A stretch of 56,718 nucleotides of DNA, counting the filler, from Catajapyx aquilonaris (lineage: Eukaryota): the NCBI GenBank assembly GCA_000934665.2. It is 4 parts of 4 records of this genome, joined end to end, with 100 filler letters (N's around TTAATTAATTAA, not from the genome) between each part and the next. Parts side by side here need not be neighbours in the genome. Positions count along the whole stretch, not along the records: positions 14,202 to 28,303 come from KZ539746.1; positions 28,404 to 42,496 come from JYFJ02007887.1; 2 more parts are not named here. One strand, given 5' to 3'. Of the stretch, positions 22,784-35,082 are shown piece after piece (the first letter of the stretch is position 1; every line of letters starts with the position of its first letter). The notes under the pieces were generated by a model, which ran no database searches, was not told the origin of the DNA, and saw only the letters and a program-made list of their open reading frames with translations. The translations under genes were made by a program, and so were the position numbers.

Positions 22784-23382
22784 CAGTCGTTCCCAACCTG
22801 TGGGGCACGCGAAGGCTTTTCCGGGGGGGGGGGNTTTATAAATTAAAAAATAAATGACATAAATTTTATAGGAAATTTCACCACGAAGGGTCGCATGTTA
22901 GTTGACTATACGACTTAGTGACTGTTAGTTGACTGTTAGTTGACTACGACTTAGTGACTGTTACGAGTAGTTGACTGTTAGTTGACTATAGTATAGTCAA
23001 CTAACAGTCAACTACTCGTAACAGTCACTAAGTGGTCCCCAACCCCCGGATCAACTGGTACCGGGACACCCAATTATTTCCATTTCATGATTTTCCAACA
23101 TCCTAAGAAGCTCAGGGTTCTCATTGATTTTGCGTTCTAGTGAGGTGACATGTTCAATCACTTTATATTCATTTTTAGTGTAACTGTATTTTATTTAGAA
23201 GCCATGTTTAAGTACAATAAAATGAAAATTATTGAATCAAAACAATCTATAACCCCCCCAGCGGGCCGAGGTAAAATTATCAAACGTTGACCGGTCCGGG
23301 GCGATAAAAAGGTTGGGGATCACTGGACTATACTGTATATCATAAAGGGGGATCGCGACCCGAAAAAGGTTGGGAACCACTG
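22784..23382. mobile_element. hAT (Charlie/SPIN-like) MITE containing a second hAT MITE at about 23031-23325
   Basis: Outer CAGTCGTTCCCAACCT...AGGTTGGGAACCACTG with TSD TCTTATAA/TCTTATAT; inner (C)AGTGGTCCCCAACC...GGTTGGGGATCACTG with TSD GACTATAC at 22904-22911 and 23326-23333. Confidence 0.85.
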
Positions 23383-23429
23383 TCTTATATCTTCGAAGGC
23401 AGCCTCACCCACACTCATCGCATTTCGCA

Positions 23430-24050
23430 TATTAAGCTGAATTTATTGATGATTAGATGTAGCGGTTTGGTTTAATCCTCCAAAAGAGTCAAGTATAGGA
23501 TAGGATTGCACTTCTAGCGGTCATCTGAGGTTTCAGGACTTCTTTAGCCCATTCCTTCAGAACTGCAGTGGAGCATTTCCCAGAACTAGTAGCCACCACG
23601 TAAAGGTTCGGTGCCCTTAAAATATTGTTTCGAGCACTTTTGGACCAAACACGCCTCCAGATTCCTGAGGAGCCATCAGGGATGGTTCTAAAATCCTACT
23701 TGAGTCAAATGAAAAATCGTCTCTATGTTTTTGAGCAATATAGATATACGTCGTTTACACTGATTGTGAGTAGACACATTGCCTCCAAGTTGTTCATTGC
23801 CAATCTTGACAGTACCATACTGTGGAAGTTCGATGTTCCCTTGGATGTTTGGAAGAAGTCGTCAGCCAGTGGGTTTTGCAGTCTCTATACCCCCAAATTA
23901 TTGGGCTACAAGCCTTGGAGTCCTAGCTGGTACCAAGATATGTACTCCCCCAAACCTTCTTTGAATATCCAGCTCTTGGCCTCACTGATATTTATGCCAA
24001 GAAGTTTTAAATGCGTTTTGGTTCGGTTGCAATTAATCGCAAACAGAAGG
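23430..24050 (-). mobile_element. Probable highly decayed non-LTR retrotransposon ORF2 fragment
   Basis: Frameshifted minus-strand pieces such as SPIIWGYRD and LPQYGTVKIGNEQLG recall the post-RT region of L2/RTE-type LINEs. Confidence 0.3.
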
Positions 24051-25596
24051 TGCAGTTAGGGTGTCCAGACGTCCTTCTTTTGAGAACTCTGTCCTTCGTC
24101 CGTCGCCACCTCAAGAAGGACGTTGATTCGTCCTTCTTTTTGTGGACCGTCTAAAATAATATTGTCAATTTCCTGAGCTGTACTAGAACAGCGGAAAGTT
24201 TGTGAGCAGAAGCCCACAATAACCACTCTTGGAGATGGCTAATAAAGGCCAGAAATACAAAAATAGGCTCCTTTGATTTGTGAAGTAAGTGAACATGGTT
24301 AGTACATGAGTATGTTTTCTATGACTTTTTATGTTGTATACAGGATGATTTTCCCGAAACCGAGCCCACAAGGAATTCCACACATCATGACTGTGTAGTA
24401 GAGCAAATTTCAAGAGGAAATTGCAATGTTCTTTCTAACAATAAAATTATTGCCGCGGACGGGTGAGCAGAGGTGACCCTTCCTCTATCCAGTGTCCCTC
24501 CAGAATCTTCAATAAGGTGCTTGTTAAGAAACAAATTTTTATTAAAACCAATCAATATTACTAATGATCATCAATGTGAACAACCTGCTTCACATTATCA
24601 ATCAATGACATGATGTCTCAGAATGCTATCTACTATTCATGTATCTTAACATTCCTCATTATTGTCATTAACTTTTTAATTATTGTATGGTTCTCAATGA
24701 AAATTGACATGTGCTTACCTTGTATGATGCCAAACAAGATCTGCCTAAGCCCTAAAGCATATGCTGGAAATGGTCCCCTCCAGCATACAAGAATTTTTGA
24801 ATGCGAGTCTGCATATTGGAGTATACAGGGCCGTGCAGATGGGAGCGGGACAGCGGGGTACTTGTACACCTAGTCGCCCATATGACAAATAGACGAATTC
24901 AACATTTTCATAATTTTTCAGGAGAGCCTATAAAGAAACCTGCAAACTGCTCTAGAAAAGAGCGAATGCCAGATAAAATCATGCAGAGTGGGGATAGTGC
25001 ACAAAATGTACGTCCCATGCTCATGTGGCACGTATTAAGCAGGTACTATGCATGTATCAACGATATTATTGTTGCGAATTCGCCCTTTTTTTCAGCTTTT
25101 GCTTGGACTAAGTGATTGTTCCAAAAAGGACGTATACGGTATATGAACTATCGATAGGGCCAAATTCACGTTGCGCTTAAAAATCACTATTTAAAATCGT
25201 GATTCACTTGCAGTGCGATTCTTAAATCCCGTATATACGTTATTCGTGATTTTATTTAATTCCGTCACAAAGCATGCAAAATTAACTTAGTTCTTCCCGA
25301 ATAGATTTATATTGACAATGCGCTTACTCCTCTTAGGTAGTCTATTGTTTGGTAACAATAATACCTTACTTACTCAGGGTATACGGTAGGTCTAGAAACA
25401 GGAAGACATGTTTTTGTTGTTTGTTATATTATTAATTATGATATATTACTAGTTTTATCGATATGATTGTGTGTTGTTATAGTTGAATTGTGTGTCCTTC
25501 TTCGCTGATTGCCTTTTATAGCGATGATGATGATAATGATGAATAACGTAAAATAAAAATGTAAAAATAATCAAATTTTCACCCAGCCAAATTCAA

Positions 25597-25877
25597 GCCG
25601 GCCTTGGTGGACTAGTGGTTAGCGCGCTCGCCTCTGGTCCCAAGGTTGTGGGTTCGAACCCCGCCAAGGTCGGTGACTTTTCTCCGGGTGGTAGAAAAGT
25701 GAGAGTGCGCCTTCCTTCGGAGGGGAAGTAAAGCCGGCGGTCCCGTTTGCTTGTGACATTGCGCGAGTGCACGTTAAAGATCCCCAGAGTGGCCAAATTT
25801 CCAGGAGGAGGACCACCCCCTGGCGTCGGTGTTGAGCCTTAGAGGCAGAAATAGGCCGACGTTAAGCCCCACTGAAC
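25597..25877 (+). mobile_element. tRNA-derived SINE with Deu/Nin-like core (Ruka-like)
   Basis: A box TGGACTAGTGG, B box GGTTCGAACCC, core CCTTCGGAGGGGAAGTAAAGCCGGCGGTCCC...GTGCACGTTAAAGATCCCCAG, 3' GACGTTAAGCCCC; imperfect TSD CCC(A/T)GCCAAATT. Confidence 0.85.
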
Positions 25878-26092
25878 CCCTGCCAAATTTATAGCTGTTA
25901 TTTTCGTATATTATCAGCACGATTATCAGTGTAGTCTTTCATAGCAAAACGGATGGAATCCCGTTGGGCTATGATCGCCTCCTTTATGTATTAAAATTAG
26001 GAACGCTTTGGCTCAATTGATCGCAATTAGTGTGAAAATTACTGGTAATTAGTGGGGTGTATTGTACTTGGTTAAAAGTGGGAAACAGGAAG

Positions 26093-26590
26093 TTGAAGAC
26101 CACAATGCAATAAGGGCCCATCTGTCAATTTTTACGAAAATGCTTTTATGGCATATATATACTTTCCTTCCTTTGATGGATGTCCATCCGTATAAAATGC
26201 AAAAAGAGCCGAACTGTCACTAGAAATGCCTGAAATAGGCTTCTAACTAACGATGGGCCAAAGCGTGATTTCTCGATACCAGTGACAAACGTGATTGTCA
26301 CTTTTGCAAAGCGCGATTTTAATATAAGTGACCCGCGATTTTAAAATATCTGTGATTTTTAAGCGCGACGTGATTTTTGTCCTATTGATACTTCTAAAGG
26401 AGATGCTTCTCTTTACCAGCATTATAGAACATTCCTCTCGGAGGAGCAGTGCCACACGTTGCATGTCGTATCTGTCATTACGTCCAGAGCACAATCGCTT
26501 ACCATGAGAGGAAACAGAAATAAATAGATTTTTTTGATTCCTGAACATTTTCTATTTTCACAATTGGGCCCTTATTGAATTGTGGTCTTC
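26093..26590. mobile_element. MITE
   Basis: TGAAGACCACAATGCAATAAGGGCCCA / TGGGCCCTTATTGAATTGTGGTCTTCA; internal GTGATTTT-like repeats. Confidence 0.7.
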
Positions 26591-27179
26591 AGTTTCTCAT
26601 AGAGAGAAACCCAGCTTTTAAAAAGCCATACCTCACATTCATCTTCCAAGGACTTATGCAATTCTTGCACCAAAGGCCTCAAATCCTCAATAGAGAACCA
26701 ATTGGAACGGTGGAAAGCATTTCTAACCTCATGAACAGCCTGCTCTGTATGATGTAAACACGTGTACTTGTAAGGTGCGGCTAGTCACGACGGCTGTCTT
26801 TCTAGCTTGTTTTCGTGCCGTAAAAAGTGGCAAATTTTATTGGGCCCTGCAATATTATACAGTAAAATGACAGCACTTTAACGTAATATATTGATATTTT
26901 TAAATAGTGAGATTATAATAATGATATCAATTCGGTAAGAGCACCTTAAAAATAATGCACGATAATTTAAGTAATAAATGCTACCTCAGGAACTGTGTCT
27001 GCCTGCAGAAAGAGCGCCAACACCCCCAGAGAGAGGGAAGAATGGGGCTTACGACGGCTGTCTCTGTAGCCATGTACTGTACTACAGAATGGTACTAAGT
27101 TTAATGCACCCCGCATGGACCTCCCGCTTGGCTGGCCAGTAGCTTAGCCACTAGACCACCATGCCCCCCTCATTTTCCC

Positions 27180-27530
27180 CTAATGGTCATATTTGGGGTC
27201 ATTTTTCTCAATGTTGGGCTGGGTCGGTTTTAAAGTCACATAATTATGTTAAAAGAAGCGTCTTTCCAAGCTTGAACTACAGATGTAAGAGTGATTCACT
27301 TACCCTGAGCGGTTCACACATGACAGCATGCAAAATAATGAATATATGGGGATTTTCCGTTCATTTAAAAATTAATGTACTGTGTGTGAACCGCTCAGGG
27401 TAAGTTAATAATTCTTACATCTCTAGGTCAAGCTTGGAAAGACGCTTCTTTTAACATGTAACTTTAAAATCGGCTCAGTCCTACACTGAAATGACATGAT
27501 CTCAAAAATGACCAAATTACGAAAAAATGG
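27180..27530. mobile_element. Foldback MITE
   Basis: ATGTTAAAAGAAGCGTCTTTCCAAGCTTGA...CTTACCCTGAGCGGTTCACACA mirrored at about 27383-27460. Confidence 0.75.
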
Positions 27531-28303
27531 GAATTCAGGATTTATTATTTTCAAGACTGCTTGACCTTGTGTTGTTGTTCTGCTTGCAATAGTGATGAAC
27601 AGATGACCATGTATCTACCATATTAATTTCACGCTCCTAGCTAGACTCCTAGCATGTGTTTCAATGACATTGCACATTGGATCATCTGAAATTTGTCCTT
27701 TTTGCACAATAATGTGAATTTTTTTAGCTTTTTCATTTTACGCTCTAGGTTAAAACTATTGCCACCGCAATGTTCCTCATCTCACGCCCGTTCATTTGAT
27801 ATATAGGATCACGGGGTTACAACAAGAACTCCACTTGAAATAAATTGTTATTCCGACTCCATTGTTGCCGAAAGACGTTGCCATATCTCCGTGGGATTTC
27901 CACCTGGGGGGATCTAATTTTGCTTTTTGGCAGCGACCCATGTGTTTGTACGCACATGATTTTCTTAAAATATCAAATTCTGGATGGTCAAGCCACCAAC
28001 TTGGCTGTTTTGGCATGGAATTACCCAGCTGGCTTGTGATATTTCACTTTTTCTCCTCACCGCCTTTTGAAATGGTGGTGCCTGGGATCTGTTTTCCTAA
28101 TTCGAGATGAAGGTCACTTTAAATTAGGGAAAATATTATATGCATTATGGATGCAGGTGCAATTATTGCACTGCAGTATAATTTTGATCTCTCACCATGT
28201 TTTAGATATACAGGGTGTATCTGAACTCAGTGCCCCGACGTATATGACTGCCTTCCTAGCCACCAGAGGATCGATTTAAGTATAGGAATCATTATGTTTG
28301 GCC

Positions 28304-28403
28304 NNNNNNNNNNNNNNNNNNNNNNNNNNNNNNNNNNNNNNNNNNNNTTAATTAATTAANNNNNNNNNNNNNNNNNNNNNNNNNNNNNNNNNNNNNNNNN
28401 NNN
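28304..28403. other. Artificial joining spacer
   Basis: 44 N + TTAATTAATTAA + 44 N. Confidence 0.95.
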
Positions 28404-29190
28404 ATACCGTAATTACTGATCGCCTCACGAACCAAATAAAATCTGTACTTGAACATAACCCACTGTCTATTTCTTCCGTGTGATTCAACCGCTCGGGTCA
28501 AAATATATTAAAGTTGTTACAGTGTCAACCAATATTACCTTTGGTCTTTTCCACCAGAGAAAAGGGCAGTGATGCGCGTGAGACATCAATAATATTCTAC
28601 AAAAGGGAGCGAAAGGGAGGCGGACGGTCATTAATATTGTATTGCAGGTTGGAAATATAGGCAAACTTATTATGTAACTATAATGCGCCATTATCAATAT
28701 TTCCAACATGTTGTCTCACACTATGTAGAGAGACTAGAGACCCAGGTGAGCTGAAACATTCATTAGTCTTTTCCTAAAAGCTGTCGTAACAAAGAAAGCC
28801 TATATAGCATTTCAAAGAGATACGCGACATTGTGTAAACATAAAATGCTTCGCAGAAGTCAACAGTAGTGGTCACCCTGATGGGCATCAGCATTGTGTTG
28901 TGAGGTGTGGGATATTACCCATGCAATACAGCTACCTTCAATATCCCTTTTCACATGTGTTTTTCACGCAATCAGTGAATCAACCTAATTGAGCTACACT
29001 ATTTATCAATGTCACAGTTTGTGTAGATGGCCAGCAGTTCTTCGCAAGTACCGTAAGTGACCAGTCCAACAAAGGCGAATGTGTCTTGGCCGATGTCCGA
29101 CAAGCCAAGCTGTATATGATGCGCAATAGTTTCTAACCAAATCTTCAGAAGATCTGATCTATAATTGGACCAGTGAAGATGGTGCGAATC

Positions 29191-30632
29191 ATGGCAACTC
29201 GTGCAGTGGTCCAAGATGTTTACTGATCCTTTGTTCCTCTGGCAAAGGCCTCGTCCACCCTTGGATTGTGGACGTGTCCTACCTACCCGAAGAAACACAG
29301 CCTCTGGTACGCCTGGCCCACCTTCTTGAATGTCTTCTTAGTCATCGCTTATTTCATGACACTTGCATTTGACTTTCATCCGGAAAACGTGCGTTTCATA
29401 TTCTGAGGTGAAATCGTAACTATACCATGGAATACGTGTCTCTCGTTAGTTACGTGTGCTTATTCATAATGCCTCTGACCAACATCGGCTTCATCGTTGT
29501 CAATGGAAAGAACACCAGGAGAATGCTGGACAAGTTGCATGCCCTGGACTTCAAACGTGCATCAATCCAAGTGAACCGTGAGATGAGAATTATTTCCTGG
29601 AGAATTGTGGTGATTTGTTTGCTGGCCTGCACATTTCAGACATTGCCTGTGATCGTTTCCGAGTGGCGGCCCTTGGACACCTGATTCCTGGACAGTTGCT
29701 CTTCTTCTCCATGTCCATCGGATGCAGACTGGACAGAGTGAACAAAGCCATCTCATCGACTTGCTCCGACATCAACATTCGCAGTTCACTGAATCTATCC
29801 AGCCGCATGTCTTTTGAGAGTGATTTGGCAACTGAGGGCCGCACATATTTGTCTCTGTGTGACATGGCCGAAGAAGTGAGCAAAATATACGGATTTGCCA
29901 CATGTGTCGTGTACTTGTCGTGCATCTTGGAAATAGTGATCGGCGTATTCGTGTTAATCACGCACATGAGCCTATATTAACTCCTACTCTGCTCGTAATC
30001 CTGGTGACAGCGATAACTTCTCGCACACTCCTAGTGTACTTCACCACTATATTGATTGGAGACATCTGTCAGAAGGTACGTGTGCAACACTACTAATTAG
30101 CACCAACGTGTCGCGTATCACAAATGATGTATCACGAANTCCTCCATTTAAAATATTATCCGTTGACTAATTTCAGTCGTCGAAGTCGCTGAATGACCTG
30201 ATTGGTGTCCATCAACTGAATATCAGTCCAAACTGCCGGGCACAGGTTGGTGCATAACTGCATACGTTCACAGCACTGTACAATGTAATACATAATATAT
30301 TATACAATAGCGTGTAATGTGCATGCAAATGTTCCCAGGTCCAGGCCCTGATCCAGAGGATGTGTGGACCACCAGTGCAGATCACTGCTGCCAACTTCTT
30401 CACCATCAACCGGGGTCTGCTTACATCGGTGAGTTTGCCATTTCTGCAGCATGGATACGGCTTGAATTGAAGCATTCCTGGACAGTAAATTCACTAGCTC
30501 CTTCTCTTTATTCAGATGGCAGCCGCAGCCACCACCTACCTGATAGTCCTTGTGCAGTTCAAGGGTTCGGAAAGTGGAAGCAGCTGCAACTGTCCGCCAA
30601 TCACGAACTGCACAGGACCATTATTGTCATGA
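29191..30632 (+). pseudogene. Gustatory receptor (7tm chemoreceptor) pseudogene; exons about 29191-30075, 30177-30245, 30339-30428, 30516-30632
   Basis: C-terminal ITAANFFTINRGLLTS|MAAAATTYLIVLVQF (GR TYxxxxxQF motif) with three phase-0 3' introns; exon 1 has in-frame TGA at 29224 and 29404 and at least three frame changes. Confidence 0.88.
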
Positions 30633-31039
30633 ATGCTATTACATCATCTGAAACACGTCTTTCTAGATTTATCCATGTGTAAATGTACTCGTAATATATG
30701 GAAAAAATTACGAGATTTTTAATATTATACGGCATATGTATACGCATATTTTAGGAAAGCACTTTTAGCAATCTTTTAGTCAATCTTGGAGAGGGTCGAA
30801 GGGGGGAATGATGCTCTGACAAATAGCGAAAAGGGTGCGTGATGCAAAAAACCAAACAAAAAACTCATGAAATGGACTTCTGACTTTTGTGGCTTTCCAT
30901 CACTATCTCCAGAATTAATATAATGTCATTTTTTGTCACCAGTGATCAATATACAAAGATCTGTGCTATTGGGTATAGAGAAATCCAACAAAATATATCC
31001 AGCATACGACTCGCCAAGCCAAATTGTACTGCTAAGTAT

Positions 31040-31525
31040 GCTATGTCCACTTTTAATCAATTCATTGATGTTGTCACAGTGTCAACCAATATTTTACCTT
31101 TGGCCCTTTCCACCAGAGCCAAGAGTAGTGTCCGTGAAACAGCAATAAGGAAACAAAAGTAAGGCGGACAGTCATTAATGATTACAGGTTGGGAGGTTGC
31201 AAAATTATGAAACTGTATACTATACGGCATTGTCAATATTTCCAACCTGATTGTTGTATGCTACACTATGGAGACGCGGGGTGAGCTGACACATTCATTA
31301 GTCTTTTCCTAATACCATAGCTGACTTAAAAATGAAAGCTTAATGCATTATCACTTGAGCGGAATTTACTTGTCTCTTGTCTACTTCCGAGTGACGGCCA
31401 TTCAATGCCTGATTCCTGGACAGTTGCTCTTCTTCTCTCTTTCCGTCGGACGCTGACTGGACAGAGTGCAGTCCAGGACATCTCATCGACCTGCTCAGAC
31501 ATTAACATTCGCAGTTCACTGAATC
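31040..31525 (+). pseudogene. Internally deleted tandem duplicate of the GR locus
   Basis: About 31065-31315 matches the upstream region about 28510-28775, and about 31385-31525 matches GR coding sequence about 29655-29795 (CCTGATTCCTGGACAGTTGCTCTTCTTCTC). Confidence 0.8.
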
Positions 31526-32481
31526 AGTTGTCAGCTCCACTTGGTCATCATTGCATAAGATATATTTTTGTGGGCCAGTCATATCTCATATCCCAGGTCT
31601 AACATGATGAACACTATGATTGTGTGCTCATAGCCAGCAGGTATTACCCAAAAGCATTGATTTAACTAGCAGATTTTCAATCAAAGACGTAATGAGCACT
31701 CTCAATGACAGTCAATGGTCTCTGCATGCATTTTTAGTGGGTCCCTAGTCGGGGTAGTCACGTACGTGAGCCAGAAGGTCTCTGCATACGGCCCATAGAC
31801 AATACAATACAGGAAGACCTGACGAGCCTATAATATGCTCTCAACTCGCCACACCCACTACCAGGACCTTCAACCTTCCTTTATAGGCCAAACATACCTA
31901 TCAAGAGACCAATCGTTACTGTTGACTAGATTAATTTGTTGGAAAATAATTTATTGGGACCCCGTACATATATACATTATTGTAACGGATATAAGCTGCA
32001 ATGGTCCAAGGACGACTACTGTTCATTATGCAATTACAATGATTGAATTCAATCTGCACCATCTATTATACAATTGCCCCTTCTTCAAAGTGCAATGCAA
32101 AATACTAAATTGAGACATTCCACGATGTCCCCCTGACAAAGTTAAGAAAGTTTCAGAATTTTTATTGTCGTGTGCGGATGTCCAAATGAATTATCACGTG
32201 GCTGAGTGATGAATTACATATAATTTTATGCATTTGTCGATCTATAGGAAAATGCAACAATGAGATAGCTGTTCCCATCAAAATGGCTGGCTCATTGCCA
32301 GTGTCCAAGAACACATGCAACAGTTAGTAAATTGGCCTACTAATATTAATGGGTTGAACAGATGATATTCAAAATGTGCCGCCCTTTACAGCGTTGCCAC
32401 ATTTGCCTCTGAATCGCATCCCAGTTTACACGCTCCAGTCCATTCCGCTTTAATCCAATCAGTGTGGCAATCTGTAGCTCA

Positions 32482-32592
32482 GCGCATGCGTACTGTGCTG
32501 CGACTAGATCGTGTAGTTCATTTCGATTCCCTCCCCCCCCCCCCTTCCCCCCCTCTCCTCCTCCAGTTCAATTATTTTTCCAAGATGGCGTC
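32482..32592 (+). promoter_or_regulatory. DNAJC8 proximal promoter elements
   Basis: GCGCATGCG (NRF1/Ewg-type) at 32482-32490 and CAAGATGGCG (YY1/Pho-type) overlapping the start codon. Confidence 0.45.
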
Positions 32593-34140
32593 GGAGGTGA
32601 GCGGCGTAGGGAGCAGCAGCGGGCCCCCAGCTGCCCCGGGGCGGCCCCAGCAAAGGGAGGTCGCCTTCCAGGAGTTCTACCACGAGGTTAGCTCGCCACC
32701 AACTCGCTCCACAGTGGACAACCAAACAGTTGGGGTCAAACACGTGGGGGAAAGAGAGAGAGAGAAAAAAGATGTTGACATTTTGACTGGGTGTCAAAAA
32801 TGTGACTCTCAGTGTTCAATTGGCATGTACTTACACTTTGTGTCTTTTTCCTAGGTGAAGGAGATAGAGAAGAGGGACTCTGTGCTGACCCCCAAGCAGC
32901 AGATTGAGCGCCTCCTACGACCTGGATCCACCTACTTCAACCTGAATCCCTTCGAGGTGCTGCAGGTTGAATCAGACACACCCATCGAGGAGCTGAAGAA
33001 GAAGTACAAAAGGGTACGCTCATACTCTAAGCCCTGCTGTACAACGTACAGTGCGTTACATTTAAAAATGTATCGTTGGCACCGCTAATGTCCTATGCAA
33101 AAAAATCAATGCCAACTGTTTCATAATTATTATGCAAGTCTTCACGTAGTATTTAATCGTCACTCTGTACAACTCGTGCAACAATTACAAGCTTCTCTCT
33201 TTAGCTATCCATATTGGTACATCCAGATAAAAATCCGGATGACCAAGAGCGAGCACAGCAGGCATTTGAAAGTAAGTACTTGCTACAATTGCATTTGCTA
33301 TCAATGTACGTACTATAACGCTCAAAAAAAAGATAAAGAGACGATTTTGCATTGAAAGCAAATACGAAATCGTGTGCATCTGTTCGAGCGATAAAGTACT
33401 ATAGTATTTACTAGAGCACCTTTCCAACTACGACCCATTTTACTTGTAAGCAGATTGTCCTCTGCTGGTAAATATTCCGATAAAGATTTGTACCCCAAAA
33501 ACGGCTTACATGCGAAAATACACCTTTTTTCCCCGTATGATCTACTAAAATGCGAATGCGTCTTATGTCGTCAAACTCTGTACGTAATTTTTAATCCTAT
33601 GACTTACACGTGATTTTTCCTGATCGCCAGTTATCAACAAGGCGTGGAGGACCCTCGAAGCGGAGGAGACTCGCAACAAATGCCTGGAGATAATCGAGGA
33701 GGCAAAGGGGAGGACAGATCTGATGATTACGGAAAAGAGGAAAAAGTTGAAGAAGGAGGGGAAGGAGCCGAAAGTAGACGAGGATGACCCTGCCAAGTAC
33801 AAGCATGCAGTGTACGTCATGACGATGAAACTGTTTGCCGACATGGAGCGGAAAAGGAGAGAACTGGAGCACAGGGACATGGAGGAGAGGAAACGGAAAA
33901 GGGAAGAGGAGATAGAGGCCGAAGAGAAGGCCAAGATGGAAAAGGAGTGGCAAAAGAACTTCGAGGCAAGATTTAGTGTCCGATTGGTACGTTTTTTTCG
34001 CTTGGCTAAATGTTTCTCTCCGTTTTCAGGAGTCTAGAGAGAATCGAGTGAACAGCTGGAAGGCCTTTCAAGGAAAAAGCAAGAGAAAGAAGGTCAAGGC
34101 CTCCTTCAAGCCACCCAAACACAAAGCAGAGACTAGATAA
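32585..34140 (+). CDS. DNAJC8: DnaJ homolog subfamily C member 8; exons 32585-32686, 32855-33013, 33205-33271, 33631-33965, 34030-34140
   Basis: FQEFYHEVKEIEKRDSVLTPKQQIERLLRPGSTYFNLNPFEVL, J-domain LSILVHPDKN, EWQKNFEESRENRVNSW, FKPPKHKAE; complete frame from ATG to TAA. Confidence 0.97.
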
Positions 34141-35082
34141 AAATTAATGGAGGGGGAAAAAAAAAAGACAGCGAAATCTTTTTTTTTCTCTGAAACTGGA
34201 CATTTCAAAGCTATGCTTTCTTTTACGACGTAAAACAAAAAAGAAAGAGCCTTCTCTCGTGTCAGACAAACTGGTCAAAGCAGCAGCTTCTTTTTCGATG
34301 TGTAGATGCAATCCCCTCGTAGATGAAGTTGCTTGGTTTAAAGGAGATGATAACTCTAGAGAGGAAAAAATCATGGACTTTTTTGTGGGTTTCTTTTTGG
34401 AAATCAAGCCCCGATATATATGGAAAAAAAAGAGAGGTGAAGATCACCCAGCTTCCATTTCCAAGAAAATGAAGAAAGAAAAAAAAAACGGAGTGAAAAA
34501 GTTGCCAATTAAAATATTGTGTATCTCCAGAAAAAACTGTTTCTCAATGTTTCATTCTTCCTATATTTTTTTCCACAAAAAAAAAATTTGGGGAGTGGGA
34601 TTTTTTTTTTGTATATATACAGAGATCATACAATAATTGAAAATGGTTAGGGGAGGGATTAAAAAGTGTAACAAAAAAAAAATTGCATAATTGGCACAAT
34701 AGTTTGTCTGCTGCCCAGTTATTATTGTTTGTTTTTTTCCTCTTTTCCTCCCCTACCCTGTAAAAACTATGCTACTTTTCTGGTAAATAACAAGCATAAA
34801 AAATAGATACCATTTGATCAAAATGGTTAATAGTAACATTATGCTTTGGAGTGGCAGAAAAGTTGGAAAAAATGACGAGCGGAAAAAAAAAAAATGAGCA
34901 GGAACCCTAACTGTCGAATGCTGTTTTTTGTTTGTTTAAAAAGTGAAACCCCCTTGTCAGGAAAATAGAGAACTCGGTGAAAAACCAGACGCTATTGCAG
35001 GAACGAGAGAGAGAAAAAAAAAAATTAACTCTGGTTGTTATCACAGCAAAAGGGGAATCCCAATAGTAGTTTTTGTTTACTG

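Noticed and set aside
22897..23033. Short repeated units superficially like a CRISPR array
   Set aside because: Eukaryotic context, no unique spacers and no cas genes; explained as repair filler
34144..34636. Lys/Phe-rich ORFs after DNAJC8
   Set aside because: A/T homopolymer-rich 3' UTR sequence
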